From the NCBI GenBank assembly GCA_012295275.1, contig CM022677.1:6076001-6140000 (forward strand): 64,000 bases of DNA, given 5' to 3'. Each line of letters opens with the position of its first letter. Positions within the stretch are counted from its first letter, which is position 1. This stretch comes from Chrysomallon squamiferum. Lineage: Eukaryota; Animalia; Mollusca. The notes below the pieces were generated by a model. It was not told the origin of the DNA. It made no database searches and saw only the letters and a list, made by a program, of their open reading frames with translations. This document shows positions 43,559 through 57,246 of the stretch, one piece after another. A program made the position numbers and the translations under genes.

Positions 43559-43694
43559 CTTCATTTATCCACCACAAGGATAACATAGAGCAGCAGTTTC
43601 TTCGTCATCCACAAGTCCATTTCTTCGTAAAAATTCAACTGCCTCAGTCTCGTCGTCACCAGATCGTGGTTTCTGCCGAAGACGTCTTAAATCA
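43559..43694 (-). mobile_element. Merlin/ISXO2-type transposase N-terminal fragment (Zn-ribbon start)
   Basis: DDETEAVEFLRRNGLVDDEETAALCYPCGG*MK resembles the Merlin N-terminal E..A..F....GL....CxxCG..M pattern. Confidence 0.5.
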
Positions 43695-44370
43695 TGGCCA
43701 CTGAAACCGATTCACTCCCGAGTCAGAAAGCGGCCGATCAAGCCGATTCTCCGCAACCAGGATCTCCTGAATTCTGTTCGAAAGTTCTACTTTGGGAGAA
43801 AAATGGTCATTCTTTTTATGAGATATGGACTGAATCTCAGAATTACTATTTATGTTACTAAATCTGGGTTGAAATGATATAGAAGCCGGTTACGTATTCA
43901 TTGCCTGATTGTGCCGCTTTGCCTAATAAAATCATCAAAGTTATTTAGGCACATAACTTCTTGACTAATATTAGTTACAGACTGTATATATGAGGACTTC
44001 AGCACTAAATCGGGGGAGGTTTTGAGCAGTTTATTTCTCACGCCGGAAAAAGATAAATATCTCTTTTTCTTTTCTTTTTTGTTTCCTTTATTTTTTTTTC
44101 TTCGCATTTTGACAATGCCTTGGAAATAATGTAGCAAATGATGATGGAATAAATATGTTGAATTAGTGTTAGTGGGGAGAATATGTTTGAAAAAATATAT
44201 GGGTTCTGAACTTGCTATTGGAAAATGATGAACCCCTAAACATTTTAATTTCAGGTTTTCTAATTTATTCCTTTTAAATGTTAATTAATTTTGATATATA
44301 ACCTGCCACAGAAAATATTGTTAAAAATTCAGTTATTTATTTTTGTAATCATATCTCTTACAAGCATGTA

Positions 44371-44416
<46 letters not shown>

Positions 44417-47282
44417 TATTAATTAATTAATTAACATTAGTAAACTAACATTAGTTGTTTTTTTGCAGACGCGAATTGCAATTTTACCAACAGGAACACA
44501 AAGAGGAAAACAGATTATAATCAGAACCGAACAGTGATTTCGGGCAGGAACCTTTATTTTCAAAATCGTCAGTTAAATACGAAAATAGAGGGCATACGGA
44601 TTAACCAAAACATGATTCATGTATTTGTTCAAATTTACATATACACCTATATATATAAACTGTTTTGTGAATCAAGTAGGCTGTATATATCCTTTTTCCT
44701 TTTTTATTTCTTTTTTTGCATTCACGGAAACATACGATGATCTCCGATTGTTCGCTTGAAGTACAAGCAGACGTGATTTGTTTTTACAATAAAAAATAAA
44801 CAGTATGTTAAAATAATAGCAATAGTTAACAATATATAACTGGAACTTTGAAACTGTCATGCGTGCTCAGAGTATTCTGTGAAAACAAGCGATCTCTGGG
44901 ACTACTGTTAGTACAGTGGTACTATAAATTAATAGTATATAGTGATGTATTGTCGGTAGCCTTTATAAAAGTTTATTGTTTTGTACGTTGGCACATTGTA
45001 TATAATTATAATAATAAATAGATAAATAATAATACTAAATACTAAATGAAAACATCATTTTAAAAGATATGAGCAAAGTTTATCAACTGAGATAACTGAA
45101 TAAATAAATGCAAATAGACGACACGTTACAAACAAAATGAATGATAGGAAATTCTAATTTATATTTTAATAGCATTATTGTTATGGTTATAATTATTACT
45201 ATTATTATTATCATCATAAACAGTATAATTTTTAGTGAATATGTTAATATTACAATTATTACATTTATGGACTTATATAAATTCTGTTATTTAATTTCAT
45301 ATTTTAAAATTAATGATTTTTAGATGTATTTGCATCTGATTTGGAAATGAAATAGCAGTTACACTGTAAGCAGCTACAGATATTTCACACGGTTTACATG
45401 TTCTGTATGACGGGGAGTTGGGCAGTGTTTGAAGAGTGAATCAGGTGACATGGTGCGAGTTGCAAAATATTCCAGTCAGGTTTATTATGAATTATTTTAA
45501 TAATTATTCACACTTTGAGAGATCAGGAATCATCTTTTGTACACAAATACTCAGAGTTTTATACATGATTATATTAATAAATTATAGAGATTTCTATTTT
45601 TTAAATTAATTAATTAATTAATATGGCTGAGGTAAGAGTGAAATCTATTTATTAAACTAATTAGTTATCAAAACATTTGTAACAACTGGAAGTGTGTTTC
45701 TAATGTTAGATTTCTAATAAAAATCACAAAAATATTTTATCATAAATATGTAGTTGTAAATATTTGTTGTGACAGTGTTAGTCTGTGTCTGTATGTGTGA
45801 GTGCTGTATGTGAATATATATATTTGTAAAATGTCATTTTCATGTGTTGTAATGAACATATTTATATATAAATGTATCATGTGTTTGTAATTGGGTCTGT
45901 TTACACTGTGGTATGTCTGAACTGTTTGTGTTGTGCATGTCCTTATTAGGTTTTATATGTATATGTTATAATGTGTGTATATGTGTTGTTTTGTGTGTTC
46001 ATTGACATATATTTTCTAATTTAAAGTGAACTTTTGGTGAAACCATATATTTCCAATTTTCTTATTGCAAAAGATAAGATTTAACAATATATGTTTTTCA
46101 GAAAAATAAGGTACCCAATGTACAATTTTATTATTGTCAAATTTGTTATTACAAGGAATTAACATATGTGCTCAAAATAAGTTAACCAGTTTTATTATCA
46201 TCATCATTATAGTTATTATCATTTTATTGTTGTTAACATCATTATCATCATTATCATTATTATTGTTACCATTATTGATATTATCATCATTATCATCATC
46301 ATTATTATAAGTATTATTCCTGTTGTTGTTGATGGTGTTGGGAATGGTGTTTTTGTTGTCATTATTATTATCAGATCTTCTGTTATGATTTATTAAACTG
46401 AATTATGTTAAAAACCAAATGATTAAAGCAAAACAAAAACTCTAAATGTAAGAATTATTTCTGTTTTGTGGCAGTGATTTTATTAATGTCAATTTGATCC
46501 ACTGAGTTTTGGTTTTTACATCATTTATTTTGATTATTTGATTAAAATAATTAAATTACTGATTGTTGACAGATATAATAATTTTAAAAATGTAAGTTTC
46601 CATTTATGGCTGATTTAAAAAAGAAATCTCTTCTTTAATTGGAAAAAAAAATGGTGCATTGGGGGTAATTATTTTTATATATACTTTCTAAAATATTTAC
46701 TTAATTTACTTTCTTACTTACTTTAGTTTTCTGCTTATTTGATTACTTATTTCATTCATAGCTATGCTTTTACTTATTTAGCTACTTACTTGTCAGATTA
46801 GTTTGTTCTTTCTTTCTTTTTTTGTTTTTGTGTTTGGTTCAGCATGGAACACTGATCTGCACAACAAATTTCTTCATGTTGGAGATTCATGGCTGCTGGC
46901 ATCAACCCCTTTATCAAAAAGAAGGTTTTACTATTAATATTATTATTTTTCTTATTATTTTTTTTCTTATTATTTTTTCTTATTATTATTGTTATTGTTA
47001 TTATTACTTCTTGTTATTGTTGATCATGTTACTATTTCATAAATAACAATCTTTTTGTATGCATGGTAAAATGGCCAATGAGTTGCACATTAAAAGCAAG
47101 TACTAGTTCACTATTTACAAAATATGGCATTTAAGTTACCTTTAATTACAACATTTGCCATTATACCTTGATTATGTTGAAGAGTGTTTACCTGTATGCA
47201 GTATGTATTTATTTGTAGGACGAGAAAGTCACTCTAAGAAGTGGTTACTATGGTAACTGTGATTCTGTTCCTGTATTTGCAG

Positions 47283-49779
47283 GATGGTCACACACTTTTG
47301 CAGGATGGTCAGACACCATGACACTGTCTTTGGAATACAAGTACATGGCAATAGCAGCCTCAGACACCATGACACTGTTTCTGGACAAATTCTAGAATTA
47401 AGGAATACAAATATTTTATATTAGGTAACAAACTAATATTTATTATTTTAATTCTTAATTTTAATTTCAGGATTTAATTTATGGTGTTCTAGAGATTAAT
47501 TATCAGAAAGTGCAGGAGGCCCTATTGAGGTCAAAATGTATTATGGATTTCCTTAACAAGGTAATATAAAGTAATATTGCTTTATCTCTCAAAATTACAT
47601 AAATAATTTCATTATAAATAATTGTCTAGAGATGAAATTATATTAGTAGTAATTATAATCATTATTTTTACCTCACACTTTTTACACAATGTTGGATTAA
47701 TTAATCATGCTAAACAGTGTAAGTTTAATTCTTTGTAATAGTTTAAATTAACGATTCTGTATTTTATAATATCAGTGTCCATACACTGTAAATGACTTAG
47801 TATCGAGAAAAACATTTGATTAAATTAGGTGTTATTTAGAAAACAGGATTTGTAAACATATATTCTGTATAGCATGAATTAAAAAAAAAAAAAAAAAAAA
47901 AAAAGAAAAAAAGAAAGATTCTTTAATAATTTAGAAATACTGATCTCTGTACTTACATCAAGAATAAGATAACTGCAGTATTTCTTAAGGCAGAATTCTC
48001 TATATCCACACATACTAGATTTTAGCATTAGTAAACTAATATAAGCTCTATATTAATGTTTCTATTTCTTTTTTAGAATTCTTGATGTACAACTATACTT
48101 CAATATTGGTGTTGTTGGTGTGTGATGCCAGTGCCGATGTCAGCAAATACTTCTGGGTAATGTAATTATAACAATTTTACCATTTGAATTAGTTTGAACA
48201 TTCAGTATTAGTGTTTCAAATATTGGTTACAAAATTTTATTATAACATTATTAACATGTTTGTTTATAAGTAGTTATATTAATAACAAAATTTAAGATGA
48301 TAATCAAGGACATGCTCATGTGAAAATGTTTAAATCATTTTATATTTCTTACTTTACAGGGACTTTGTTTTGCAGTGTTTTCAACACGAAGACTCCAGCT
48401 AATGTGGAAGATTCTAGAAAGTCACCAGATTTCAGTCTCAAAGAGCCTATCATTATACAGTGGACTGTGACAAAACCAAACTGTAAACTATTTAACTACT
48501 GGTTTACTTGTTAGTCAGCTTTTCACAGTGTTAAATCACTGGAATAAAGAGAAAACTGTGAACTGTGAATTAATCTAACTACTGTTTTACTTGTTAGTCA
48601 GCTTTTCACAGTGTTAAATCACTGAAATAAAGAGAAAAACTATGAACTATGAATTAATCTAACTACCGTTTTACTTGTTAGTCAGCTTTTCACAGTGTTA
48701 AATCACTGGAATAAAGAGAAAACTGTGAACTATGAATTAAACTGACTGCTGTGTTTTCAGTAGGATTATATTTCTCACTACTCAGTGTTTGAAGTGTCGA
48801 TAGTCATAGAATCAAATCACATTAGACTATTTCTGACTCCATTATAGAAAGATATTGGAATGTGCTTCCTATTCATGATGTACACATACTTATACATTCC
48901 AGAGAAAATCCTAGAAAATACATCAGGTCTAGATAACTATACTATATAAACCATTCAACACAATTTTCATACATTTCTAAGACAGTATTTATTCATTATA
49001 ATTGTATTTATGTTTGTAGAGAGAAAGAAATGTGACAACATTTTCTCTTGACAAATGGCAAACTGTCTCTTGATTTGTTGAGTTCATGTTGAAGAACAGG
49101 ATGAAGTAAGAACTTTTAAATACTTCAAATAAAATAAATAATAGAAAACACACACACACAACAAGTGTGTATGTTTATATATATGTATGTATGTATGTAT
49201 GTACAAAAGAACTATAATTATAAAATAATTATTTTTTCATACAGACAGGTCAGAGGAGTTACTGTGAAAAATGTTGCCAGATTTTTAAGAAGAAGAGATG
49301 TTTTAGATTTGTTAGACAAAGTGAGTAAACATAACACACACACAAACACACATACACATGCAAACACACACAGACACACACAAAAACGTAAAGATACACA
49401 CATTCACAACCATACAGACATTTACATATTTACATACAGACACACATTTACACATTTGCATACATATATACATACAGACACATACAAATAATATAACTTA
49501 CAAAGAAGTTTAGTGAACAAACTACAGAGATGTGTATTAATGATCTGTATTTAACAGATGAAATGAATACATCTGTAGTTTTATCACTTAGCTGAATGTT
49601 GTATTTTTAACAGTACTTTGTACACATCATGAGGAGATTGGTTGTTACAACAATTAACTGTTGATGGTTATGATTGTTTCAACATCCAGTACAACATAAT
49701 ATGTATGTGTGTGTGTTTGTGTGTATATATCAGCATGTTTGTGTGAGAGCATGCATCTGTGTGTCTTCATGTATGTCTG

Positions 49780-49812
<33 letters not shown>

Positions 49813-50621
49813 TTATATATATATATATATATATATTTACATACATATTCACGTACATCAATGCATGTTGTGTGTGTGTATTCAGATATATATATATATT
49901 TATTTATTTATTACAGAGACGTGTACATCTGTGCATGAGGCAGTGAGACTGATGAGGTATTACAGTTTACAAAATGGCTGCCAACATTTCAGGTCAGTGT
50001 TTAGACTTTTATTTATCTCTTGTTTCTGAAATCTTTTCTTCTAAGACAGTTTCTCTGTCCAGTCTTTCTCTCAAAATTTGGTTTCTCTGCAGCTAATTTT
50101 TTCTACTAACAGATGATTTCTTATGGGTACTAATGTGAATTGATGTGAATTAATGTAATGCAAATTGATTAAATTGATGTAATATGAATTGATGTGTAAT
50201 GTAAACTGATTTAAATTGATTTAAATTAATGCAGTATGAGTTGATGTGAATTGATATTATGTAAGAATTACTATTTGAAGGAGTAATATTTAAAAAAATA
50301 ATAACTATAGCTGAATATGTTACACACACACACACACACAAACACACAGACATAATAAAAACTGATTGTTTGAATTCATTTTTATAATGTATAATCTTGA
50401 TGTATACAGATCCTTAATATTCACATACTGTTACCACTATTACTACCACTACCATTATACTGACTATATATACATGCACACATACTACTACTACAACTAC
50501 TAATATTACTGTACTGACTGTTTGCAGAGGCTGAGAACAGCATATCACTATGTATGTCACTTCGAGGCAGATGAATGCGAGATTGAGAAGTTGTCTGAAA
50601 TAAAGGCCAATGTCCAAACAA
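47283..50621 (+). pseudogene. Multi-exon decayed gene with ankyrin-repeat-like exons, running into the assembly gap
   Basis: DGQTP*H at 47304-47324. AG/GT-bounded exons 47471-47560, 49245-49320 (RGVTVKNVARFLRRRDVLDLLDK), 49917-49992 (TSVHEAVRL) and 50528-gap (RTAYHYVC...IEKLSEIKANV). Several intervening exons contain stops. Confidence 0.45.
48490..48745. repeat. ~84-bp tandem repeat, 3 copies
   Basis: TTACTTGTTAGTCAGCTTTTCACAGTGTTAAATCACTG at 48504, 48587 and 48671. Confidence 0.92.
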
Positions 50622-50821
50622 NNNNNNNNNNNNNNNNNNNNNNNNNNNNNNNNNNNNNNNNNNNNNNNNNNNNNNNNNNNNNNNNNNNNNNNNNNNNNNN
50701 NNNNNNNNNNNNNNNNNNNNNNNNNNNNNNNNNNNNNNNNNNNNNNNNNNNNNNNNNNNNNNNNNNNNNNNNNNNNNNNNNNNNNNNNNNNNNNNNNNNN
50801 NNNNNNNNNNNNNNNNNNNNN
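50622..50821. other. Assembly gap (200 N)
   Basis: Run of N. Confidence 1.
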
Positions 50822-52130
50822 ATTTTATTTCGAATAAAAGCTGAACAGATTGCTGTGTTTAAAAAGTACCAGACTTCGATTTGTTTAGTTAATTATTTCA
50901 ATCTTTATTCATTCTTCCGTTTTCTTCATTCGCTAACCTACTTCAATGTTTTCTTTCTTTTCTTTCTTTCCTTCGTTCTTATTTCTTTCTATCTTTACTT
51001 CTTTCTTTTCTTTCCATCTTTTCTATTTCCTTTCTTTCATTCTTTCCATCCTTCTTTATTTTACATATTATATTTATTTATTATTTCTCGTATATTTTTA
51101 ATCAGTTCATACACTCTGCTCTCACTGACTGTTTATTTATGCTTTTGTAATCGAATTTTCTTTGTTATTTTCTTAATTCCAGTGAACACGTCTCGCATGA
51201 GGTAGGCTATTGTAACTATACTAGTGAACAAATCTCGGATAAGGGTCGGCAGTCTTAATATACCAGTGAACACATCTCACATAAGGGAGGCGACTCTAAA
51301 AAGCAGTGAACACATCTCACATAAGGGAGGCCACTCTAAAAAGCAGTGAACACATCTCACATAAGGGAGGCCACTCTAAAAAGCAGTGAACACATGTCCC
51401 ATAAGGGAGGCCACTCTAAATATAGCAGTGAATACATCTCCCATAAGGGAAGCCACTCTAAATATACCAGTGAACACATCTCACATAAGGGAGGCCACTC
51501 TAAATTTAGCAGTGAACACAACTCGCATACATTTTATTTATTTTTTCTTCAGTGAGTGAGTATTCTCTCTTTTCTTTCTCAGTAATCAAATGAAGAAATT
51601 CAGTATGGAAATTCTTAATCTGCTAATCAATGCAGTCTACATATGATTTTATATTTTATTTTGAATAAAAGCTGAAAAGAATGCTGCGTTTAAAGAGTAC
51701 CACGCTTGGATATCTTTTATTAGTTATTTCTATCTTTATTCATTCTTCCGTTTTGTTCATTCGCTAACCTGCTTCAATGTTTTCTTTCTTTTCTTTCTTT
51801 CCTTCGTTCTTTCTTTTCTTTGTACCTTTACTTCTTAAAAACCAGTGAACATATCTCACGTAAGGGAGGCTACTCTAAATAAACCAGTCAAGAGATCTTC
51901 AATAAGGGAGGCGACTCTAAATGTACCAGTGAAGACATGTTGCATAAGGGAGGCTACTCTAAATACAGCAGTGAAACGACGTCGCCTAAATTTTTATTTT
52001 TATTTTTTCTTCACTCATTTAGTATTCTCTTGTTTCCTTCTGAATAATGAAATGAAGAAAGTCAGTATGGGAAGTATTAGCCTGCTAATCAATACAGTCC
52101 AGATACGAGTTTAAATTTTATTTTGATTAA
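50822..52130. repeat. Higher-order duplication containing a 40-43 bp minisatellite (CAGTGAACACATCTCACATAAGGGAGGCCACTCTAAA)
   Basis: Minisatellite arrays at 51180-51530 and 51842-51975. Flanks 50822-51010 match 51653-51835, and 51530-51650 match 52000-52130. Confidence 0.88.
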
Positions 52131-52145
52131 CTTTTTCTTAATTTG

Positions 52146-53460
52146 TTTAGCACTTAACTAAACTATTTAAATGAAACAGAAATCTAAATTCAAAGATATA
52201 TCATTATTATTATTTTTATTTTCCTTTTTCAAAATTTGTTAGTAAATTCCGTTCTGACACGTAAAAGTTGTATATGTTATTTGTTATGGTTAGAAAAAGA
52301 GAGACTTGGGTTTTTCTAGGACTGTAAGTTTGTATGTTTTCATAAACATTTCATTTCACTCTAAAAATGTGGTATAAAAATTTGAAATACATGTAAATAC
52401 TGTTTTTCTGCGTTTTCATACAGATACGTTATTTAAATTTCACAAATATAATGGTTTCCAGAGTGTGGTATGGAACATGAATTCATTAAGTTTTTGTGTA
52501 TATGCGTATGTCTGTGAGTTTCATCTAATATTATTTTATTTTATTTCTTATATTTTTATTGATGATATATTGTTAATATTGTATTTTTATTGTAGTACAT
52601 AATTATTACTGTTTTTATTATTATTGTTATTGTTAATAATTGCTGTTATAGCTGTTGCTTTTGCTGTTGGTTAACTTTGCTTTAGGTAAAATTGTTAATT
52701 TTGTGTGGAGAGAAGAAAGGAAGTTAGAGAGAGATAGAGAGAGAAAAAGTCAGAGAGGGAAAGAGAGAGAGAGATGAGAGAGATACAGAGACAGACAGAG
52801 AGAAAGAAACAGAGACAGAGAGAGTCAGAGAGGCTGAGAGAAAGAGAAAGAGTCAGACACAGAGATAGACAGTGAATGGAAGAGAGACAGAGACAGACGG
52901 AGAAGGAAACAGATGGAGACAGAGAGATACTGAGAGAGACAGGGACCGAGACAGACAAGGAGATAGACTGAGAGACACAGAGAGACAGAGAAAGAGACTG
53001 AGGGAATCATAGAGAGAAAGAAAGAGAACAGAGAGAAAGACACATGGGGAAGATACAGAGACAGAGGGAAATAGTGACAGAGAGAGACAGAGTGAGGAAG
53101 AGAGTGACAGAGAGAGACAGAGATAGACGGGGAGGGAGAAAGAGAGAGAGAGAAAGCGAGAGACAGAGGTAGAGGGATAAGGAGAAGAAGAAAGAGAGAT
53201 AGGGACAGAGAGAGATAGAGAGAGACAGGGAGAGTCAGACAGAGAGAGACATAGAGGGACAGAGAAAGAGAAAGAGAGAGCGACAGAGAGACAGATAGAC
53301 GGATAGGGGAGAGACAGGAAAGAGAGATAGAGAGACAACCAGAGCGAGAGATAGAGACAGGCAGAGAGAAAGAGAGTGAGTGAGAGAAAGAGAGAGAGAG
53401 ACAAGTAGAGCGAGAGATAGAGAGACAGTCAGTCAGACAGACAGACAGAGAGAAAGAGTG
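52146..53460 (+). repeat. Direct repeat copy 2; partner 42086-43540
   Basis: Colinear match to copy 1; its GA tract is more degenerate. Confidence 0.88.
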
Positions 53461-53499
53461 ATCTACACCGAGAAAATTCTACGCCAAAAATTTCGAAAC

Positions 53500-53960
53500 C
53501 AAACAGGTTCTTTCAATACTGGCTTCAGTGTGCTAATCAAAAAATGTCATTGGTGATTGACAGTAGGATGGCTGAAATTCAGACCATTTAAATTGAAGTA
53601 TGCTGGTCATTTGTAGAATGAATAACCAAATATCTTGCAACTTCTGTCTGAATTATTGGTTCAAGTGTCTCACGATTTCTTTTTTCTACACAAAAATAGC
53701 AACAGTGTGCACCCGTCTTCAGACTCTGGTTCCATCAATGCGTCTTCCATGGATTCGGTTGTTTTCTGCTCTAGCTTCGCTATCAGTTGAATCACGGGCG
53801 TGGTCTCCTTGCAGCATCCTCCCTCTGTTGTATTACTGGCGCCCTGCAAACCGAGCTTCGTCGATTTTCAGTGCTCTTCATCAGTTCTTACAATTCTCCA
53901 CGATTGTTAACGGAAACAATTTGCATACAAATGTCACGACACATGTTGAACCAATCACAT
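53500..53960 (-). mobile_element. Merlin/ISXO2-like DDE transposase pseudogene (catalytic region)
   Basis: CDWFNMCRDIC...KIDEARFAGRQ*YNRGR...GRRIDG...VEKRNRETLEPIIQTEV...IHS...AYFNL...HPTVNH...IERT, the ISXO2/IS1016 signature order, with stops and frameshifts. Confidence 0.82.
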
Positions 53961-54193
53961 ATTGATTCGTTACCTCCACCAGTCAACTCTTGCATGTTAT
54001 CATAAGATGCATCTTCAGTAAAATATAAAAAAGTTAATTCTAAAATTTGGCACAGAAAAAGATTGCAATGGTCTTTTTAATTAATTTTGTTTCTTTTAGA
54101 ATTGTATATGCGTTCAGTAGGAGATGTTTCTCTGTATATGTGTGTATGTGTGTGTTTGTGTGTATGGTTATATATATATATATATAGAATGAT

Positions 54194-54480
54194 CTCCCTT
54201 TTGTGATATGTGTTCAGAAACACAGATTAGAGTTAGGTCCATTAATTGAGATGTACTCACTAAGGAATGTAACAATTATATTGATTAGACTTACCTCCCT
54301 TTAGTGATATGTGTTCACAAACACAGATTAGAGTTAGGTCCATTACTTGAGATGTACTCACTGAGGAAAGTAAGAATTATATTGATTAGACTTATCTCCC
54401 TTTAGTGATATGTGTTCACGAACAGAGTTTAGAGTTAGGTCCCTTACTTGAGATGTACTCACTAAGGAAACTAAAAATTA
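54194..54480. repeat. 101-bp tandem repeat, ~3 copies
   Basis: CTCCCTTT.GTGATATGTGTTCA...AGAGTTAGGTCC...GAGATGTACTCACT at ~54195, 54296 and 54397. Confidence 0.92.
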
Positions 54481-54705
54481 TATCGATTTTCCACAATACA
54501 GTTTGATACTTTATTTATTTGTTTACTTATTTATTTATTCTATCCTGTCTACCTTGCTTGTTGTTAAAATAAAATAAAAATCAGTAAATAAAATAATTTA
54601 TTGTGTCATTTGATAGAATGTGTTTTTAATTTCAGAATTTATTATTTCCTTTGTATTTTATTAATATTCTGATATTTATTTATTATTAAATTTTCTGGAA
54701 TGAAT

Positions 54706-54873
54706 GTTGTATTGATGGAGACCCCATCAAAGGAAGGACGGTGACTGATATAGGCAAAACTGCAGAATCATGTTGAGATAGTCAAAGGAATACTCCCAGC
54801 ACATTCACTTTCTGGCCGAGACACCGTTGCCTCCTATTTTGGAATGTGAAAGAACACTGTACTCAGAACACTT
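54706..54873 (+). mobile_element. XPG/H3TH-like transposon protein relic (Academ-type by inference)
   Basis: VLMETP[fs]KGRTVTDIGKTA[fs]NHVEIVKGILPAHSLSGRDTVASYFGM*KNTVLRTL is a degraded HALSGCDT...GIGK motif. Confidence 0.6.
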
Positions 54874-55136
54874 CTAATATTATTTCATTTAATTTTTACA
54901 GAAGAGTATACTTTATTACTAGGAAAGGCTGGTTCCAGTAAACCTGGAATGTATAAATTACACTGGGTCCATTATAGAGCATCACCTATATTTTTATTAA
55001 GTTCAACTTTTATAAGTAAAAATATTTTTCTTTGAGCTGAATTCTCACATTGCTTATTTACAGAATTTTCATCATTTATCCAAAATAGTGACTAATGAAC
55101 TTAAAATAATAATAATAATAATAATAATAATAATTA

Positions 55137-55172
<36 letters not shown>

Positions 55173-55322
55173 GAACAGTAATAATAATAGGCTGTGGACG
55201 GATGAAGCCCGACGGCTTTTTTCTTTTTCTCTCGTCCGCCGAGTGGAGTGCAGTCGACCCGACCCGACCTGACCCGACCCGACCCGACCCGAGTGTAGCC
55301 GAACTGAGATGAGCTGAGATCG

Positions 55323-55336
55323 GTTCCCATGGCAAC
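55323..55336. promoter_or_regulatory. RFX X-box-like palindrome GTTCCCATGGCAAC (also 58618-58631 and 61152-61165)
   Basis: One mismatch from the palindromic X-box GTTGCCATGGCAAC; invariant in all three units. Confidence 0.4.
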
Positions 55337-55524
55337 GGTGAGATGAACGTTAGAAAACTGGGTCTCGGTACTCGCTACCGATGTCAATTTCGCCTTAAAC
55401 ACTGCACAAAAATTAAGAATAAAAAAAAAAAAAAAAAAAATTATTGACAGTGACACAATTTACAGTCCATCACCACGAAAGACGAAATGCTGTTCACAAC
55501 AACAACAACAACAGCAGCACCACC

Positions 55525-55555
<31 letters not shown>

Positions 55556-55680
55556 GCACTAATACTAATTTCGTGCAAAATGACACGTGAACACAGGATA
55601 AGTACGAAACCTTTCTATTATTATTATTACCGCTACTACTACTACTACAACTACAACTACTACTACTACTACTACTACTA

Positions 55681-55743
<63 letters not shown>

Positions 55744-55904
55744 GTACAGTACCGTAGATGCACAGACACACACACACACGCATGGCGCTTTCTTTCTTTC
55801 TTTCTTTCTTTGAGTAGAAGAAGAACAAGAAGATCGAATACTGCCAGCGCTTTATTTTTATTTTTTTTATTTCTTTCTTTTTATTTTCTTTTCTTTTCTT
55901 TTAT

Positions 55905-55941
<37 letters not shown>

Positions 55942-56049
55942 ATTTTTCTTTCTTTTTATTTTTTTTTTCGTCATGTTTTTATCTCTTTTTTTTTTGTCAT
56001 GTTTTTATTTTAAGTTTTACATATTTAATTTTATTTATTCTTTTTTTTC

Positions 56050-56098
<49 letters not shown>

Positions 56099-56172
56099 GC
56101 CATCGTCATCGTTATTTAGCGCACGCAATAAGAACAACAAAGATAAATAGACCTCGGTTCGTTAAAGCGATC

Positions 56173-56291
56173 GTCTACGGCCACACCACGTTGAAAACAC
56201 CGGTTCTCGTCCGATCACCGAAGTTAAGCAACGCAGGGCTCGGACAGTACTTGGATGGGTGACCGCCTGGGAACACCGAGTGCCGTAGACA
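56173..56291 (+). rRNA. 5S rRNA: 5S rRNA gene, copy 1
   Basis: GTCTACGGCCACACCACGTTGAAAACACCGGTTCTCGTCCGATCACCGAAGTTAAGC...GTACTTGGATGGGTGACCGCCTGGGAACACCGAGTGCCGTAGACA, 119 nt. Terminal stem, A and C boxes, upstream TAAATA near -29, downstream T-runs. Confidence 0.98.
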
Positions 56292-57159
56292 CGCCTGTTT
56301 CTTTTCTTTTCTTTTCTTTCTTACTTTCTTCGTTTCTTTCTTTCTTTCTTTCTTTCTTTCTTATTTTAAGAGCAACAGCAAGAGCCAATTGACATCGGTA
56401 GCGAGTGTGAGCGTGGACGCAGGTTTTGGAGTTACCGTGTTGTGTATGTCTGATTGAGTGTGTACGTATGTTTGTTATTTCAGAACGCGACTGTGTGTGT
56501 GCGTGCGTGTGCGTGTGTGTGCGTGTGCGTGTATGCGCGTGCCGTTTTGAAAAAGATATCTTTCAACGTGAAATTGAATTGCGAGATCACGACGGCGCGA
56601 TAATTAATGTATTTTCATTTCGATTTTATCATCATCATAATCATCATCATCATCATCATCATTATGATTATTATTTTATTATTCAGCGCAATAACAAGAA
56701 CGAAGACGTCGGTTCGTCTTTTTTTCTTTTTTTTTTTTTCTTTTGTTTTAATTTTTAATTTTCAGACACTACCGAACAATTCGCCAGTTGCCTCATCTAT
56801 TCACGAATAACCTACCCATTTACAATTGACCACGTTCTCTTTGAATATTAAAAATTATTTTATGTTCAGTAAGCTGTTACTGCTTGTTTTATGATATAAT
56901 ATATATTCGTGCATGTTTGTATTGTTGTTGTCATTTGTATTTAGTGTTTATTGTTTCGAATGAATCTTACGAAAAAATAAAAATTAAAAAAATAAATAGA
57001 TGGGGAAATTGTTTTCACTGAAACCATAAATTTGTAAAAATGTGTGGCTTAAATTCTGTCTTAATTGAAAATAACGACGATTACGATTTAATTTATAAAA
57101 TGATCAGACACGTTGTTGTTGTTGTTGTTGTTGTTGCAGTTAGTCAGAACACATCTTTA

Positions 57160-57246
57160 CGAATGGAAGACTGAGCCCACTCCACAGACGACAGTGTGCC
57201 TAGTGTGCGTCGGTGCCGTGGACTCGGTCTTGCATGCGTTTTTTTT
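57160..57246 (+). ncRNA. Candidate structured small RNA in the 5S spacer (second copy 60273-60358)
   Basis: ATGGAAGACTGAGCCCAC...GTGGACTCGGTCTTGCAT terminal stem, immediately followed by GCG and a T7-8 run. Family not recognised. Confidence 0.3.

Noticed and set aside
50522-51205. 227-aa ORF
   Set aside because: Artefact of reading through the 200-N gap into low-complexity sequence.
51180-51975. CRISPR-like regular repeats
   Set aside because: The units are contiguous with no unique spacers, in a eukaryotic context with no cas genes; this is a minisatellite. The same applies to 19588-20800 and 36485-36660.
55460-55495. Hammerhead-like CGAAAGACGAAA
   Set aside because: The CUGANGA core and stems are absent.
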